Positions 31,560-42,882 of a DNA stretch of 64,000 nucleotides are shown here, piece by piece. Where the stretch lies: positions 2,914,001 to 2,978,000 of the forward strand of contig UYFQ01000001.1 in assembly GCA_900617105.1 (NCBI GenBank). Reading direction: 5' to 3'. The number at the start of each line of letters is the position of its first letter. Positions within the stretch are counted from its first letter, which is position 1. The position numbers and the translations under genes are program-made. The notes under the pieces are model-generated. The model had not been told where the DNA came from. It did no database searches and saw only the letters and a program-made list of their open reading frames with translations. Source of the DNA: Hydrurus foetidus. Taxonomy: Eukaryota.

Positions 31560-33245
31560 ATGACAACACTCTTTTTGCGCCGCTCAAACCTGCCTCGCCA
31601 GTTGAGCTGGTTAATCTTGGTAAGCGCGGTCCTCACTTCCCTAAGCGGATGCACAGCCCTGACGCCAGCCACCACCAGCGCGCCGCCGCCCAAGTTGCTT
31701 GTATTTTTGGCAGTCGACGGCTTGCCGCAGCGCCAGCTCATGGGTTTGCGAGACCAGCTGGCACCTGATGGTTTTGCCCGATTTTTAGACCGTGGCACCT
31801 GGTTTGCCAACGCGCACTACGGTCATGCTTTTACCGTGACAGCAGCAGGCCACGCCGTGATGTTGACTGGCGCGTACCCCAGCCGCACCGGCATCATCGG
31901 CAACGAATGGCGCAACCCAGACACCGGCGCACCGGTCTACAACACCGAGGACACCAGCGCCACTTACATCGGCCACGCAACAAGCGCTTTCGACGGCACC
32001 AGCCCCAAAAACCTGAAGGTTCAAACGGTAGGCGACCTGCTGCGTACTGCTAACCCGGCGTCTAAAGTCATCGGCATATCGGGCAAAGACCGCGGCGCGA
32101 TTTTGCCCGCTGGTAAAAACGGCGTGGCCTACATGTACATGGCAGGCAGCGGAAACTTTGCCTCGACTACGCACTACATGGCGCAGCACCCGGCGTGGGT
32201 TGATGCGCACTACGCCAGCAAGCCAGCTGACCGTTACTTCAGAGCCCAATGGGCGCCGCTGCTGCCTGAAGCAGCCTACGCACGCTCATTGCCAGACAAC
32301 CAGCCGTGGTTTGGCCCCAGTGGTGGTGCGCTGCCAATGCTGATGGCCGCCAGCGCTGACGCGGCTCCCGGCCCAGCGTTTTACAACCGCTTGATGCGCA
32401 GCCCGTTTGGCGACGCGTTAACGCTGGACTTTGCCCGCGCAGCGATTGCTGGCGAGCAATTGGGCCAACGCGCCGCCACTGATATTTTGGCGGTGAGCTT
32501 GTCTAGCCACGACTACATCAACCACGCTTACAGCGCTGAATCACGTTTGTCGCATGACCATTTGCTGCAACTCGACAGATTGCTAGAACAGTTCTTTGCA
32601 GACTTGGACAAAACCATTGGCAAAGGCAATTACGTGGCCATGCTGACCGCTGACCACGGATTTATGCCAGCGCCTGAAGCTTCTAGCGCAAAGGGTTTGC
32701 CGTCAGGCCGGTTGAGTTCATCGCAGTTGCTGGGCCGATTGAATGCGGGGCTGGAGGCCAAATTTGGCGAGGGCAAATGGGCGATTGGTTTTTCAGGCTC
32801 GTCTTTGCTGCTTGATAAAAAACTGCTCGCAGCCAAAAACACAAGCCGAACGGCAGTGGCTGGTGAGGCCAAAGCGCTGCTGCTGGCCGAGCCAGCAATA
32901 GCTGCGGCCTACACGCGAGAAGAGCTGTTAGCCAACCAGCTCAATGGCGCGTTGCTTTATAAATCGCTGCGCCAATCGTGGCACCCTGATGTGTCGGGCG
33001 ATGTGCAGTACGCGCTCAAGCCCAACTGGATGTTCAGCTCGGCCACAGCGGTGGCCACCCACGGCTCGCCCTACGATTACGACAGCCATGTGCCGCTGCT
33101 GGTTTACGGCCCCAAATGGTATGCATCGGGCAAGATTGATACCCGCGTCGAAATTACCAGCATTGCGCCTACAGTGGCTCAACTGCTCGGCGTTGCACGG
33201 CCTGAAGCCGCCGAGGCGACGACGTTGCCGTTGGCTTCGCCTTAA
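31560..33245 (+). CDS. Alkaline phosphatase superfamily (PafA-like) lipoprotein
   Basis: LSGC lipobox, AVDG, TVTAAGH, GKDRGA, DYINH, TADHG, THGSPY. Confidence 0.88.
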   Translation: MTTLFLRRSNLPRQLSWLILVSAVLTSLSGCTALTPATTSAPPPKLLVFLAVDGLPQRQLMGLRDQLAPDGFARFLDRGTWFANAHYGHAFTVTAAGHAVMLTGAYPSRTGIIGNEWRNPDTGAPVYNTEDTSATYIGHATSAFDGTSPKNLKVQTVGDLLRTANPASKVIGISGKDRGAILPAGKNGVAYMYMAGSGNFASTTHYMAQHPAWVDAHYASKPADRYFRAQWAPLLPEAAYARSLPDNQPWFGPSGGALPMLMAASADAAPGPAFYNRLMRSPFGDALTLDFARAAIAGEQLGQRAATDILAVSLSSHDYINHAYSAESRLSHDHLLQLDRLLEQFFADLDKTIGKGNYVAMLTADHGFMPAPEASSAKGLPSGRLSSSQLLGRLNAGLEAKFGEGKWAIGFSGSSLLLDKKLLAAKNTSRTAVAGEAKALLLAEPAIAAAYTREELLANQLNGALLYKSLRQSWHPDVSGDVQYALKPNWMFSSATAVATHGSPYDYDSHVPLLVYGPKWYASGKIDTRVEITSIAPTVAQLLGVARPEAAEATTLPLASP

Positions 33246-33455
33246 GCGCAGCTTAGGGCCCGCTGACGCCACCAGGGCTGCCGTGTTGCTGGTACTACTG
33301 AGTTGGTTTTACTGCCGACTCCTGTTGAAAAGCTGGCAAGACCACGATGCCGCACTAACTGCGCCTAGTTGTCCGTGTTTACTACGTCAAATATAGCTGT
33401 AGCCCAAACAATACCGGCGCAAGCAGCTGCAATATAAATAGCAAAATGCCTCCAG

Positions 33456-35807
33456 CTACTGCACAAACCCCATGCCCCGCGCTTCGCGCACCTCGGGTTT
33501 GATGCGGTGCTCGGCTTCCAGCTGGCTCATGAATTCATCGCTTGAAAACACGGCGTCCAAAATGTCGGTTTGGCGTTTGACGGCCGCAAAATCGCCGGGG
33601 CAGATTTGCGTCAGCTTGGCAAGTCGGTTGCGCAGGTCAAGCGTTAGCAACTCAGCGTCGCCTGCCAATGCTTCTGTCACAAACATGCTTTCGCGCTGCA
33701 CTGCGGTTAGTGGCATGAACTTGATCTTGAACGTAAACCGGCGCAGCGCGGCTTGGTCAATTTTGTCCAGCAAGTTGGTGGTGCAAATAAAAATGCCGTT
33801 ATGTCGCTCCATGCCTTGCAGCATTTCATTGACTTCAGTGACTTCGTACGTTCGCTGTGCGCCGCGCCGGTCTTGCAGAAAACTGTCGGCTTCGTCGAGC
33901 AGCAGCACGGCTTTCTCTAGCTCAGCTTCTTTGAACATCGCGGCCATGTTTTGCTCGGTTTCCCCCACGTATTTACTCATCAAGTCACTCGCTTGCTTGA
34001 TGATGAGCGGTTTGTCGAGCGCCTTGGCAATGTGCTCGGCCAGCGCGGTTTTGCCCGTGCCCGGCGCGCCGTAAAAGCACAGCGCACCGTGGCCACGCGA
34101 TTTAAGGGCCTCAACGATGCGCGGAATCTCGAAACGTGATTCCACGTTGAGCATGGCCAGGTCGTAAGTGGTGACAGTTTTACGGCCCGCAACGTCTGCC
34201 TTGTTGCCCAGTGCGGCGTCGGCATTCTTAAGCTGCCGCTCAATCAATGATTCAAAAAGCGACGGAGCACCGCCATCCAAAATAGCCTGCATGCCGCCCG
34301 CATCCACCACTTTGCCCGGCTCGCTGGCCAAGCGCGCAAACTGCACTGCCGTGCGAATTTGCGCGGGGGTCAAGCCCTTGCGCGCCGTGAGTTTGGCCAC
34401 AAACGCGTCGCTGACCTGCACGCCTTCCAGCGTCTTACGCACCACGCCCTCACGCGCGCCGGGCGGTGGCGAGCGCAGCTCCAGGTGGTAGGCAAAGCGG
34501 CGGCGAAAGGCCGGGTCAATTTGCTCGATGCGGTTGGTCACCCACAGCGTAGGCACGCGGTTGGACTCCAAAATTTGATTCACCCAAGCTTTGCCACTTA
34601 CCGAGTTGCTGGTGGGTGAGGGCAATTGGTCAGACCGGGCAAGTAACTGCGCGGCTTCGCTTGATATCGGCGGAAATACATCTTCTACCTCATCAAACAG
34701 CAGCGCCGAATGCTTGCTGCTTTTTAAAAACACCTGCGCGATTTGCAGCGAGCGGTAGCGGTCTCGACCGCTCAGCGCGTTGCCGTCGCGGTCGCTTGAC
34801 TCAACTTCAAACAAATCAAGACCCGCCGCCTGCGCCACCACGCGCGCCAGCTCGGTTTTGCCGGTGCCCGGCGGGCCGTACAGCAGCACGTTCACGCCTT
34901 GCTCTTGCGCGGCCACTGCATTTTTTAGCAGCGCAATCAGCACATCGGCGTCTTCTTTGACAAACGCAAAATCGCCGGCGTTTAGCGTGCTGCGGGCGGC
35001 CGGGCGCGTGAACACCGCCATCAGCTCGTTGTTGTCGCGGTACTCACGCATCAACACGGGCGGCAGTTTTTCGCTGACTTTCATCAAGTCGGCCAGGTCG
35101 GTGATGTTGTGCTCGGAAATCAGGTTTTCAACCATGCCGATGCGCTCAAGGCGCGAACCCGCACGCAGCGCCTCCGCCACCTCGTGCGCTTTGACGCCCG
35201 CCACATCGGCCAGCGCCGCAAATGCCTCGGGCGCGTTATTGACCTTGAACTCGACCAGCAGCGAGCGCAGGTCGCGCTGGTAGCGAGCCAGCGTGCCGTA
35301 CAGCAGCAGCGCGCGCTCGGCCTGATTCAGCTGCAGCAGGTTGGCGAGCGAATCGATATTTTTTTCGACCAGCGTGGATTGCTTTTTCAGGGCGTGGGCC
35401 AACCACTCGCCGGTGGCTGCCAGCACACTCAGCAAGTCTTTGGGTTGGTCTTTGGCATGTTCGTCGAGGTAAAAGAACAAGGTGCCTTCCTCGTACGGGC
35501 CGCGCCATACACCGTGGCGGGCCATGAATTGCGCGTCAGTCAATGCCTCATGGCCGCGCCAAAAATCGTTGTCTTTGCAGCGCCTGCCCAAGAATTCACG
35601 CAACCGCTGCAGCGCAGGCAGCGGCCACACCAAATGTCGGCCTGATAGCAGCAGCATGCTGTTCAAGTCGCGCCGAACGTTAAATTTTGCGCCTTGGCGT
35701 GCAGCCAGCGTCAACACAAAGTGCGAGCACATCAGGTCGAGCACGGGCGCATCTTTCAGGCCCGGGGACAACATCAGCTGATCAGGTGCAAAACGCTTGG
35801 TTTTCAT
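33456..35807 (-). CDS. Tandem AAA+ ATPase
   Basis: Two Walker A motifs (GPPGTGKT, GAPGTGKT) and two Walker B motifs (LLFDE, LLLDE); AFRRRF, ALRRF. Confidence 0.9.
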   Translation of the reverse strand: MKTKRFAPDQLMLSPGLKDAPVLDLMCSHFVLTLAARQGAKFNVRRDLNSMLLLSGRHLVWPLPALQRLREFLGRRCKDNDFWRGHEALTDAQFMARHGVWRGPYEEGTLFFYLDEHAKDQPKDLLSVLAATGEWLAHALKKQSTLVEKNIDSLANLLQLNQAERALLLYGTLARYQRDLRSLLVEFKVNNAPEAFAALADVAGVKAHEVAEALRAGSRLERIGMVENLISEHNITDLADLMKVSEKLPPVLMREYRDNNELMAVFTRPAARSTLNAGDFAFVKEDADVLIALLKNAVAAQEQGVNVLLYGPPGTGKTELARVVAQAAGLDLFEVESSDRDGNALSGRDRYRSLQIAQVFLKSSKHSALLFDEVEDVFPPISSEAAQLLARSDQLPSPTSNSVSGKAWVNQILESNRVPTLWVTNRIEQIDPAFRRRFAYHLELRSPPPGAREGVVRKTLEGVQVSDAFVAKLTARKGLTPAQIRTAVQFARLASEPGKVVDAGGMQAILDGGAPSLFESLIERQLKNADAALGNKADVAGRKTVTTYDLAMLNVESRFEIPRIVEALKSRGHGALCFYGAPGTGKTALAEHIAKALDKPLIIKQASDLMSKYVGETEQNMAAMFKEAELEKAVLLLDEADSFLQDRRGAQRTYEVTEVNEMLQGMERHNGIFICTTNLLDKIDQAALRRFTFKIKFMPLTAVQRESMFVTEALAGDAELLTLDLRNRLAKLTQICPGDFAAVKRQTDILDAVFSSDEFMSQLEAEHRIKPEVREARGMGFVQ

Positions 35808-36002
35808 CACGCCTCCAAAGGTTGGAAAAGCTTCACCGCAAAATGTGGCGGCATGCTCATAACGCTGAGCCGACCCGCAAGGACTACAGCTGCCGCTTGG
35901 CAAAGTGTGCAATATGCCGCAAGTTGCACCCGCATAATCAACGCTACACCCTAAACCCTCACCGGCCGCATTGCCGCTAGCGCAGTGCGGTTAAGGACTG
36001 CT

Positions 36003-37208
36003 ATGCCTACGCTTGCTGATATCCAACTGGCCGCCCAACGCCTCGAAGGCCAGGTGCTGAACACGCCGTGTGTCGAGTCGCGCACGCTGTCTCAAATTAC
36101 CGGGTGCCAAGTTTTTTTGAAGTTTGAGAATTTGCAATATACCGCTTCTTTCAAAGAGCGGGGCGCGTGTAATAAATTGGCGCAGCTCACAGCGGCTGAG
36201 CGTCAGCGCGGCGTAGTGGCCATGAGCGCTGGTAACCACGCGCAAGGTGTGGCTTATCACGCGCAGCGACTTGGTTTGCGGGCAACGATTGTGATGCCGC
36301 GCTTTACCCCGGGCGTGAAGATTGAACGCACGCGCGGCTTTGGCGCAGAAGTGGTGCTGGTTGGCGACACGCTAGACGAATCACGCGCGCACGCACTGGC
36401 TATTGCGGCAGAACACGGCATGGTTTTTGTTCACCCGTACGACGACGACGCCATCGTGGCAGGGCAGGGCACTGTTGGCCTAGAAATGCTGGCGGCCGTG
36501 CCTGAGCTTGACGCGCTGGTAATTGCAGTGGGTGGTGGCGGGCTGATAGCGGGCATTGCTGTCGCGGCGAAAGCCATCAAACCGTCCATCGACATTGTGG
36601 GCGTGCAAACCAGCCGCTTTCCGGGCATGGTCAACGCCATCAAAGGTACGCAGCACCCGCAAGGCGGCAGCACGATTGCCGACGGCATTGCAGTCGGCAC
36701 ACCGGGCGCAATTGCAACCGCAATCATTAAACAGCTGGTCAGCGACATGGTGTTAGTTGACGAAGGCGATATTGAGCAAGCCATCGTCATGCTGCTGGAA
36801 ATTGAAAAAACGCTGGTTGAAGGCGCGGGCGCCGCTGGGCTGGCAGCGCTTATCAAGTACCCCGAACGGTTTGCGGGCAAAAAAGTGGGGCTGGTGCTGT
36901 GCGGCGGCAATATTGATCCGCTGCTGCTGGCGTCCATCATTGAACGGGGCATGGTGCGTGCCGGGCGTTTGGCCCGCATTACGGTCAGCGTGCGGGACGT
37001 GCCCGGCTCGCTGGCCAAAATTACTGCCACTGTGGCGGAAGCAGGCGCCAATATTGACGAAGTGCATCACCAGCGTGCCTTCACCATGCTGGCGGTGCAA
37101 AACGTTGAGATTGAACTGGTCATTCAAACCCGGGGGCCCGCGCACATAAGCCAAGTTCTGGCGGCACTCAATGCAGCGGGTTTTGAGGCCACTGCACAGC
37201 ATAAATAG
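36003..37208 (+). CDS. Threonine ammonia-lyase (short form with ACT domain)
   Basis: KFENLQYTASFKERGA, SAGNHAQG, GGGGL, C-terminal ACT (DVPGSL). Confidence 0.92.
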   Translation: MPTLADIQLAAQRLEGQVLNTPCVESRTLSQITGCQVFLKFENLQYTASFKERGACNKLAQLTAAERQRGVVAMSAGNHAQGVAYHAQRLGLRATIVMPRFTPGVKIERTRGFGAEVVLVGDTLDESRAHALAIAAEHGMVFVHPYDDDAIVAGQGTVGLEMLAAVPELDALVIAVGGGGLIAGIAVAAKAIKPSIDIVGVQTSRFPGMVNAIKGTQHPQGGSTIADGIAVGTPGAIATAIIKQLVSDMVLVDEGDIEQAIVMLLEIEKTLVEGAGAAGLAALIKYPERFAGKKVGLVLCGGNIDPLLLASIIERGMVRAGRLARITVSVRDVPGSLAKITATVAEAGANIDEVHHQRAFTMLAVQNVEIELVIQTRGPAHISQVLAALNAAGFEATAQHK

Positions 37209-37322
37209 GCAAAAATTAAGCGTAAAGAAGCAAGAATAAGCATCAATAGTGCCTGTAGCCCAATAAATACGGGCGCTAGCAGCTATTAAATAAATAGCGT
37301 TATTGAACTGATCGACCTTGTC

Positions 37323-37901
37323 TTAACGCAGATGTTTGCTCATCTTGGCGTTAAACAATTGCGGGATGCTGACGCTGCGTCGGCCAGGAATCAACTTGAA
37401 CGACTCGCCCGCGCTGATAGAACCCGCTTCCCGCACCGACAGGTAAAAACCGCACAAACCTTGGGTTGCCATCAATCGGCTGGCCTCGCTAAAACCCATG
37501 GCCGCGTTGAACTTGTGGCACGGCTCACGCGGCAGGGTAACGGCCAACGCGCAGTTGGCAAACTGCAGCACGTCGCCGGCCCACACTTGTGACTCCAGCA
37601 GGCCCTTGAGCGTCAGGTTTTCGCCCAGCAGGCCGGGCGGCAAGGAGTCATCGAACCCGCCCACGCCTTGGCTTTGCCGGGCGGCCCGCCACACCGCGTA
37701 ATGCTCAGACGGATAGGCGTAAACGGCTTTTTCCAGCCCGCCATGAATTGATAAATCAGCCTGCTCGTCGCCCATTAAACCGAGCGGCATGACAGGCACG
37801 CTGCCCTCGACCGGCTGCTTGCCCATGGCGGTTAAAACGGTACGCTCGCCCATCTTCACGCGGCGGGCAATGCCGATCTGAACTGAAAGCAATTGAGGCA
37901 C
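37323..37901 (-). CDS. MOSC domain (YiiM-like) protein
   Basis: GDEQAD, HGGLEKAVYAY, GENLT, PREPCHK, GFYLSV. Confidence 0.9.
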   Translation of the reverse strand: MPQLLSVQIGIARRVKMGERTVLTAMGKQPVEGSVPVMPLGLMGDEQADLSIHGGLEKAVYAYPSEHYAVWRAARQSQGVGGFDDSLPPGLLGENLTLKGLLESQVWAGDVLQFANCALAVTLPREPCHKFNAAMGFSEASRLMATQGLCGFYLSVREAGSISAGESFKLIPGRRSVSIPQLFNAKMSKHLR

Positions 37902-37972
37902 GTTGGGGGTCTTTCAAAGCTACGGCTTGCGCAAAAAGGTAAAATACGGCCACGTGTTCATCAGGATTTTTC

Positions 37973-38152
37973 ATGTCAAACGCTTCGCATTCAACCAGCC
38001 ACACCCCAAACCCCGCGTCCAGCGACAGTGCAGCCGCGCACATTGAGCCTGACGCGATTGACGCCGTGGCGCATGCTGCACCGCTTATTTTGCCCATTGT
38101 GGGTGGGGTGCTGATGTTTTTGCTGGCTTTTATCGCGATTTTCATGGCCTAG
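37973..38152 (+). CDS. Small (59 aa) single-TM protein not in the ORF track
   Basis: MSNASHSTS...APLILPIVGGVLMFLLAFIAIFMA*; AGGA upstream and a terminator directly downstream. Confidence 0.7.
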   Translation: MSNASHSTSHTPNPASSDSAAAHIEPDAIDAVAHAAPLILPIVGGVLMFLLAFIAIFMA

Positions 38153-38174
38153 AGCGTCAAACCACGCCCGAAGC

Positions 38175-38199
38175 AGCCCGCCACTAGCGGGCTTTTTTT
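38175..38199 (+). terminator. Intrinsic terminator
   Basis: AGCCCGC-CACTA-GCGGGCT followed by a T-run. Confidence 0.8.
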
Positions 38200-38491
38200 C
38201 GCCCGTTTACAGCCGTGTTGGCCTACTCGGCGCGTGGCCAGGAAGCCAAGTTAGGGCATAACCTCATGCAAGTTTTGCATATCTTTTAGATGTACCCGCT
38301 CGGTAACTCTCGGTTGAAGTTCTTAAAATGGACGTTCATTGCTTTAAAACGCGGCTCAAACCAGCGTTTTAAACCCTGCCCAATCACCCCACTCACCCCC
38401 TCAAAGCTTGCTGCCGATAAACGTTTGACACATCAGACGTTCAGTCAGTCATTTACCGACATTGCGCTTTAACTTTGGAGTTTCCCTTCTT

Positions 38492-40366
38492 ATGAACCAC
38501 CCCGCCATGCAAGGCATACATCTCAACACGCCGAGCTATGTCAGAAATGCAAAGCTGATCGCCTGGGTTGCCGACATGGCCGCCCTGTGCAAGCCCGACT
38601 ACATTTACTGGTGTGACGGCAGTGAGGCTGAATACCAGCGCCTGTGCCAGCAACTGGTTGACGCCGGCACGTTTAAAAAACTGAACCCCGTCAAACGCCC
38701 CAATAGCTTTTTGGCCTGCAGCGACCCCACCGACGTGGCCCGGGTTGAAGACCGCACCTATATTTGCTCCGCGAAAAAAGAAGACGCCGGCCCCACCAAT
38801 AACTGGATGGCGCCGGCTGAAATGCGTGCAACTTTAAACCCCCTGTTCGACGGCTGCATGGCCGGCCGCACGATGTACGTGGTGCCGTTTTCAATGGGCC
38901 CGCTGGGCTCACCGATTGCTCATATTGGCATTGAGTTGTCTGACAGCCCTTACGTTGCAGTCAACATGAAAATCATGACGCGCATGGGCAAAGCCGTGTT
39001 TGACGTGCTGGGCACTGATGGCGATTTCGTGCCTTGCGTGCACACCGTAGGCGCGCCGCTTAAAGCTGCGCAGCAAGACGTGAAATGGCCCTGCAACCCG
39101 ACCAAATACATTTCACATTTTCCTGAAACACGCGAGATCTGGTCTTACGGCTCGGGCTACGGCGGCAACGCCTTGCTGGGCAAAAAGTGCTTTGCGCTGC
39201 GCATCGCATCAAACATGGGCCGTGACGAGGGTTGGCTGGCCGAGCACATGTTGATTTTGGGCGTGACCACACCGCAAGGCAAAAAATACCACGTGGCAGC
39301 TGCCTTCCCATCGGCCTGCGGCAAAACCAACTTTGCGATGTTGATTCCGCCTGCCGGTTTTGAAGGCTGGAAAGTCACCACCATTGGCGACGACATTGCG
39401 TGGATCAAACCCGCCGTTGACGGCAAGCTGTACGCCATTAACCCCGAGGCAGGTTACTTCGGCGTGGCCCCCGGCACCAACACGCTGACCAACCCCAACT
39501 GCATGACCAGCATTGAGCGCGACACGATATTTACCAACGTCGCCCTGACTGATGACGGCGACGTGTGGTGGGAAGGCATGGGCAAAGACAGCACCGACTG
39601 CCCCACGCACGCCATCGACTGGCAAGGCAACGACTGGACGCCGGCAATAGCCAAAGCCACCGGCGCAAAAGCTGCCCACCCTAACGCCCGCTTTACCGTG
39701 GCCGCCACCAACAACCCGGCCCTGGACGCCGCTTGGGACGACCCGAAAGGCGTGGCGATTGACGCGTTCATGTTCGGCGGCCGCCGCTCGACCACCGTGC
39801 CACTCGTCACTGAAGCTCGCACGTGGGTTGAAGGCGTGTACATGGCCGCCACCATGGGCAGCGAGACCACCGCCGCCGCCACTGGCCAAGCCGGTGTAGT
39901 GCGCCGCGATCCGTTTGCCATGCTGCCGTTTGCCGGCTACAACATGAGCGACTACTTTGCGCATTGGCTGGCCATGGGCGAAAAGCTTCAAAAGCTGTGC
40001 GCCACGTCAGGCTCGGCCATGCCAAAAATCTACACCACCAACTGGTTTCGAAAGGGTGCAGACGGCAAATTCGTTTGGCCAGGTTACGGCGAAAACATGC
40101 GCGTGCTCAAGTGGATGATTGACCGCATTGAAGGCACCGGCCACGGCACCGACAACTTGATGGGCGTGACACCTGACTACGCCGACCTGACCTGGACCGG
40201 CCTTGATTTTTCAGCCCAGCAGTTCGACACCGTCACCCACATCGACAAAGCCGCCTGGCAAGCCGAACTCGCGCTGCACACTGACTTGTTCAAGCAGCTT
40301 GAGCACCACTTGCCGCAAGCCTTGCTAGACACCAAAGCCGCGATTGAAAAGCGCTTGGCTGCCTGA
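38492..40366 (+). CDS. pckG: Phosphoenolpyruvate carboxykinase (GTP)
   Basis: [41 protein letters not shown]. Confidence 0.96.
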   Translation: MNHPAMQGIHLNTPSYVRNAKLIAWVADMAALCKPDYIYWCDGSEAEYQRLCQQLVDAGTFKKLNPVKRPNSFLACSDPTDVARVEDRTYICSAKKEDAGPTNNWMAPAEMRATLNPLFDGCMAGRTMYVVPFSMGPLGSPIAHIGIELSDSPYVAVNMKIMTRMGKAVFDVLGTDGDFVPCVHTVGAPLKAAQQDVKWPCNPTKYISHFPETREIWSYGSGYGGNALLGKKCFALRIASNMGRDEGWLAEHMLILGVTTPQGKKYHVAAAFPSACGKTNFAMLIPPAGFEGWKVTTIGDDIAWIKPAVDGKLYAINPEAGYFGVAPGTNTLTNPNCMTSIERDTIFTNVALTDDGDVWWEGMGKDSTDCPTHAIDWQGNDWTPAIAKATGAKAAHPNARFTVAATNNPALDAAWDDPKGVAIDAFMFGGRRSTTVPLVTEARTWVEGVYMAATMGSETTAAATGQAGVVRRDPFAMLPFAGYNMSDYFAHWLAMGEKLQKLCATSGSAMPKIYTTNWFRKGADGKFVWPGYGENMRVLKWMIDRIEGTGHGTDNLMGVTPDYADLTWTGLDFSAQQFDTVTHIDKAAWQAELALHTDLFKQLEHHLPQALLDTKAAIEKRLAA

Positions 40367-40381
40367 AATACATCGCCGCAT

Positions 40382-40413
40382 AAAAAAAGCCGCTTTGCTA
40401 AGCGGCTTTTTTT
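40382..40413. terminator. Bidirectional intrinsic terminator
   Basis: AAAAAAAGCCGCTT-TGCT-AAGCGGCTTTTTTT between convergent genes. Confidence 0.85.
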
Positions 40414-40438
40414 CGTCTCAGCAACCTGCCGCCAGTAT

Positions 40439-40978
40439 CTAAAACTGCGGAACAACCTTGCCATAGCGCACCGGAATAGCTGCCAGCCTGTCGATGGGTG
40501 TGACTGCCGGGGCAACAAACACCAAGCCGTCATCACGCGGGTCAGCACCTCCATTGCCGCGAATTTCGCCGCGCGTAATGGCGCATTGCAAATCGGCCAT
40601 TACGCGGGCGTCGGTTCGGGCAATCGCCCACAAACGCTCGTCGGCACGCCGAGCGGCAATGCCGCGTGACCAAGCATCCAAACCCGCTTGAGCGCCAGCA
40701 ACTGCGCGGCGAACCGTGCCGGCGAAGGTGGCTAATGTTGCAAATGCCACCAGCCACAGGCCGATCCACAGCGCCAGCAAATGGCCTTCGGCCAAACTGT
40801 CCATCACCTGATAGGCCACCACCATGGCCGCCGCAGCAATTGCCGACAACAACAGCGTGGCCAGCGTGCGGGTGCCAGAAAAATCGCGCTTGATTTGCTG
40901 CGCTGTGTTAATCGCCGACTCGACGCGAGTCACACCAGAATGCTGATTGGAATAGTCAAGGTGTACAAAGCTGGTCAT
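40439..40978 (-). CDS. Hypothetical membrane protein (2 TM)
   Basis: ATG with GAGG upstream, two hydrophobic segments; divergent from the LysR gene. Confidence 0.7.
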   Translation of the reverse strand: MTSFVHLDYSNQHSGVTRVESAINTAQQIKRDFSGTRTLATLLLSAIAAAAMVVAYQVMDSLAEGHLLALWIGLWLVAFATLATFAGTVRRAVAGAQAGLDAWSRGIAARRADERLWAIARTDARVMADLQCAITRGEIRGNGGADPRDDGLVFVAPAVTPIDRLAAIPVRYGKVVPQF

Positions 40979-41104
40979 GGTATTTCCCTCTTACAAAGCC
41001 CGACGCAAATGGCGGCCGGGTAGTGAGATATTAGGGTTAACACTGGTGTGATTCAACTTTATATTAATGATGCCAGTTATTTACAACAGTGATAAATTAG
41101 CCCC

Positions 41105-42097
41105 ATGCCTGCCGAATACCGCCAACAGCTCGCTAACTTTCGCACCCTCGACTTGAATCTGCTGCGCGTGTTTGATGAAGTCATGGCCGAACGCAGCCTG
41201 ACCCGTGCCGCGCGCAATCTGTCGCTGACCCAACCGGCCGTAAGCAACGCGCTGCGCCGGCTGCGCGAAACGCTTGGCGATGAATTGGTCACCCGGGTTG
41301 GCCAGGCGATGGCCCCCACCCCCAGAGCGCTGGCGCTATGGCCCACGGTGCGCGAGGCATTGCGCCAATTGCAGGCCGCGCTGGCCCCCAACGCGTTTGA
41401 CCCACTGACGGCCAACACCACGTTTGTACTCGCCATGGCCGACGCGACTGCCGCCGAGCTGATGCCCGGCCTGATTGACATTTTGGAACGCGAGGCGCCG
41501 GGTGTGACCATGCGCGTGGTGCCCTTGACCACGCGAGACCCGCGAGACCCGCGGGGCCTGCTGGACGAAGCAAGCGCTGACTTGGCGCTAGGTTATTTCC
41601 CCTCGCTGCTGGCTGACCTGGTGCTCCGCGCCCAAAGCGGCGACAGCGTGGCGTTTGCTCACCAGCGCTTGTACGACGGCCAGTATGTTTGCGTGATGCG
41701 CGCCGACCACCCCCTGGCCAAGGGCCCGCTAAGGCTAGAGCGCTTTTGCGCCGCGCGGCACTTGCTGGTCAGTTTTTCTGGTCGGCCCTTTGGTTTTATT
41801 GATGAAGCGCTGGCGGGCCTCGGGCGCAAGCGCCAAGTAGTGCTTACGGTTAACCAGTTTTTTACAGCTGGGCGGGTGGTGGCGAACTCCAATTTACTGA
41901 CGGTGCTGCCCAAGCATTTTGTGGGCGTGACGGGTATTGCCGACCAGCTTGTGCTGCGTCCGCTGCCGTTTGAGGTGGCGCCAGTGCATGTCGATTCAGT
42001 GTGGCACCGGCGCACCGAATCTCTGAGTGCACATATCTGGCTGCGCCAGTCGGTGTTGCGGGTAGCCATGCTGGCGTTCGGCAGAGTTAGCTCGTAA
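41105..42097 (+). CDS. LysR-family transcriptional regulator
   Basis: LDLNLLRVF...SLTRAARNLSLTQPAVSNALRRLR. Confidence 0.95.
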   Translation: MPAEYRQQLANFRTLDLNLLRVFDEVMAERSLTRAARNLSLTQPAVSNALRRLRETLGDELVTRVGQAMAPTPRALALWPTVREALRQLQAALAPNAFDPLTANTTFVLAMADATAAELMPGLIDILEREAPGVTMRVVPLTTRDPRDPRGLLDEASADLALGYFPSLLADLVLRAQSGDSVAFAHQRLYDGQYVCVMRADHPLAKGPLRLERFCAARHLLVSFSGRPFGFIDEALAGLGRKRQVVLTVNQFFTAGRVVANSNLLTVLPKHFVGVTGIADQLVLRPLPFEVAPVHVDSVWHRRTESLSAHIWLRQSVLRVAMLAFGRVSS

Positions 42098-42395
42098 CAC
42101 GCTATTTTTTTTATAGCTGCTTGCGCCCGATTTTATTGACCTACAGGTCAAAAGGGCATGTAAATAGACGTTACACTGAAATTGTTGAAGTATTAATGCA
42201 GTGGTGCAATGTTCAGCTCATCCCTTTTTGGGGTGTTAAAAAGCCACGAATTTTGCAACTAATACGCAAAATAAGGCCGTCAAACCACGTGCTTGGCGCC
42301 GGATTTTTCACTAAAACTGAACTTACCCGATAAACTTATAGCAGAGCCTTGCGCGACCAAAAAAACAGAGCGCTCGGCATTACCAAAGGCGAATC

Positions 42396-42830
42396 GTGTC
42401 ATCTGAGCTACTTCAAAAGTACAAGCAATTTTTTCAAGTCGACGGCCGTGACGTCATGGAAACGCTCGACCGCTTGCCGCAAGCGGCGTTTGACGACTTG
42501 CCAATTGGCGCTGTGCTGCTCAATGACAAAGCCAAAATCGTGAAATACAACCGCACCGAGGGCGAGTTGACCAACCGCGACCCGCAGCGCGTGATGGGCG
42601 CCGGGTTTTTTATGGAACTCGCCGTGTGCGGAGTCAGCGAGCAATTTCAAGGCCGCTTTAAAAGCGCACTCAAAGCCATGTCGTTTGACCAGATGTTTCC
42701 GTTCGTGTACTTTCATGAAATGCCAGAAACCCCGATGATGGTGCGAATTACCAAACCGCGCGTGGCCATGGCATCGCCGCACGTGTGGATTTTGGTGCGG
42801 CGAGTCATGCCGCCGGTTCCACAAAATTAA
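42396..42830 (+). CDS. pyp: Photoactive yellow protein homologue (PYP-1)
   Basis: DDLPIG, YNRTEG, TNRDP, FF...AVC, WILVRRV: equivalents of Y42, E46, T50, R52, C69 and M100 of H. halophila PYP retained. Confidence 0.8.
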   Translation: MSSELLQKYKQFFQVDGRDVMETLDRLPQAAFDDLPIGAVLLNDKAKIVKYNRTEGELTNRDPQRVMGAGFFMELAVCGVSEQFQGRFKSALKAMSFDQMFPFVYFHEMPETPMMVRITKPRVAMASPHVWILVRRVMPPVPQN

Positions 42831-42882
42831 TTTTTCGACTTTTGCTATTTTGCAAATATAAGTTTTCACTCAGGCATCCAGC

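Noticed and set aside
33456..35807. Tandem AAA ATPase as a defence gene
   Set aside because: Host-like composition, housekeeping neighbours, no partner protease or nuclease
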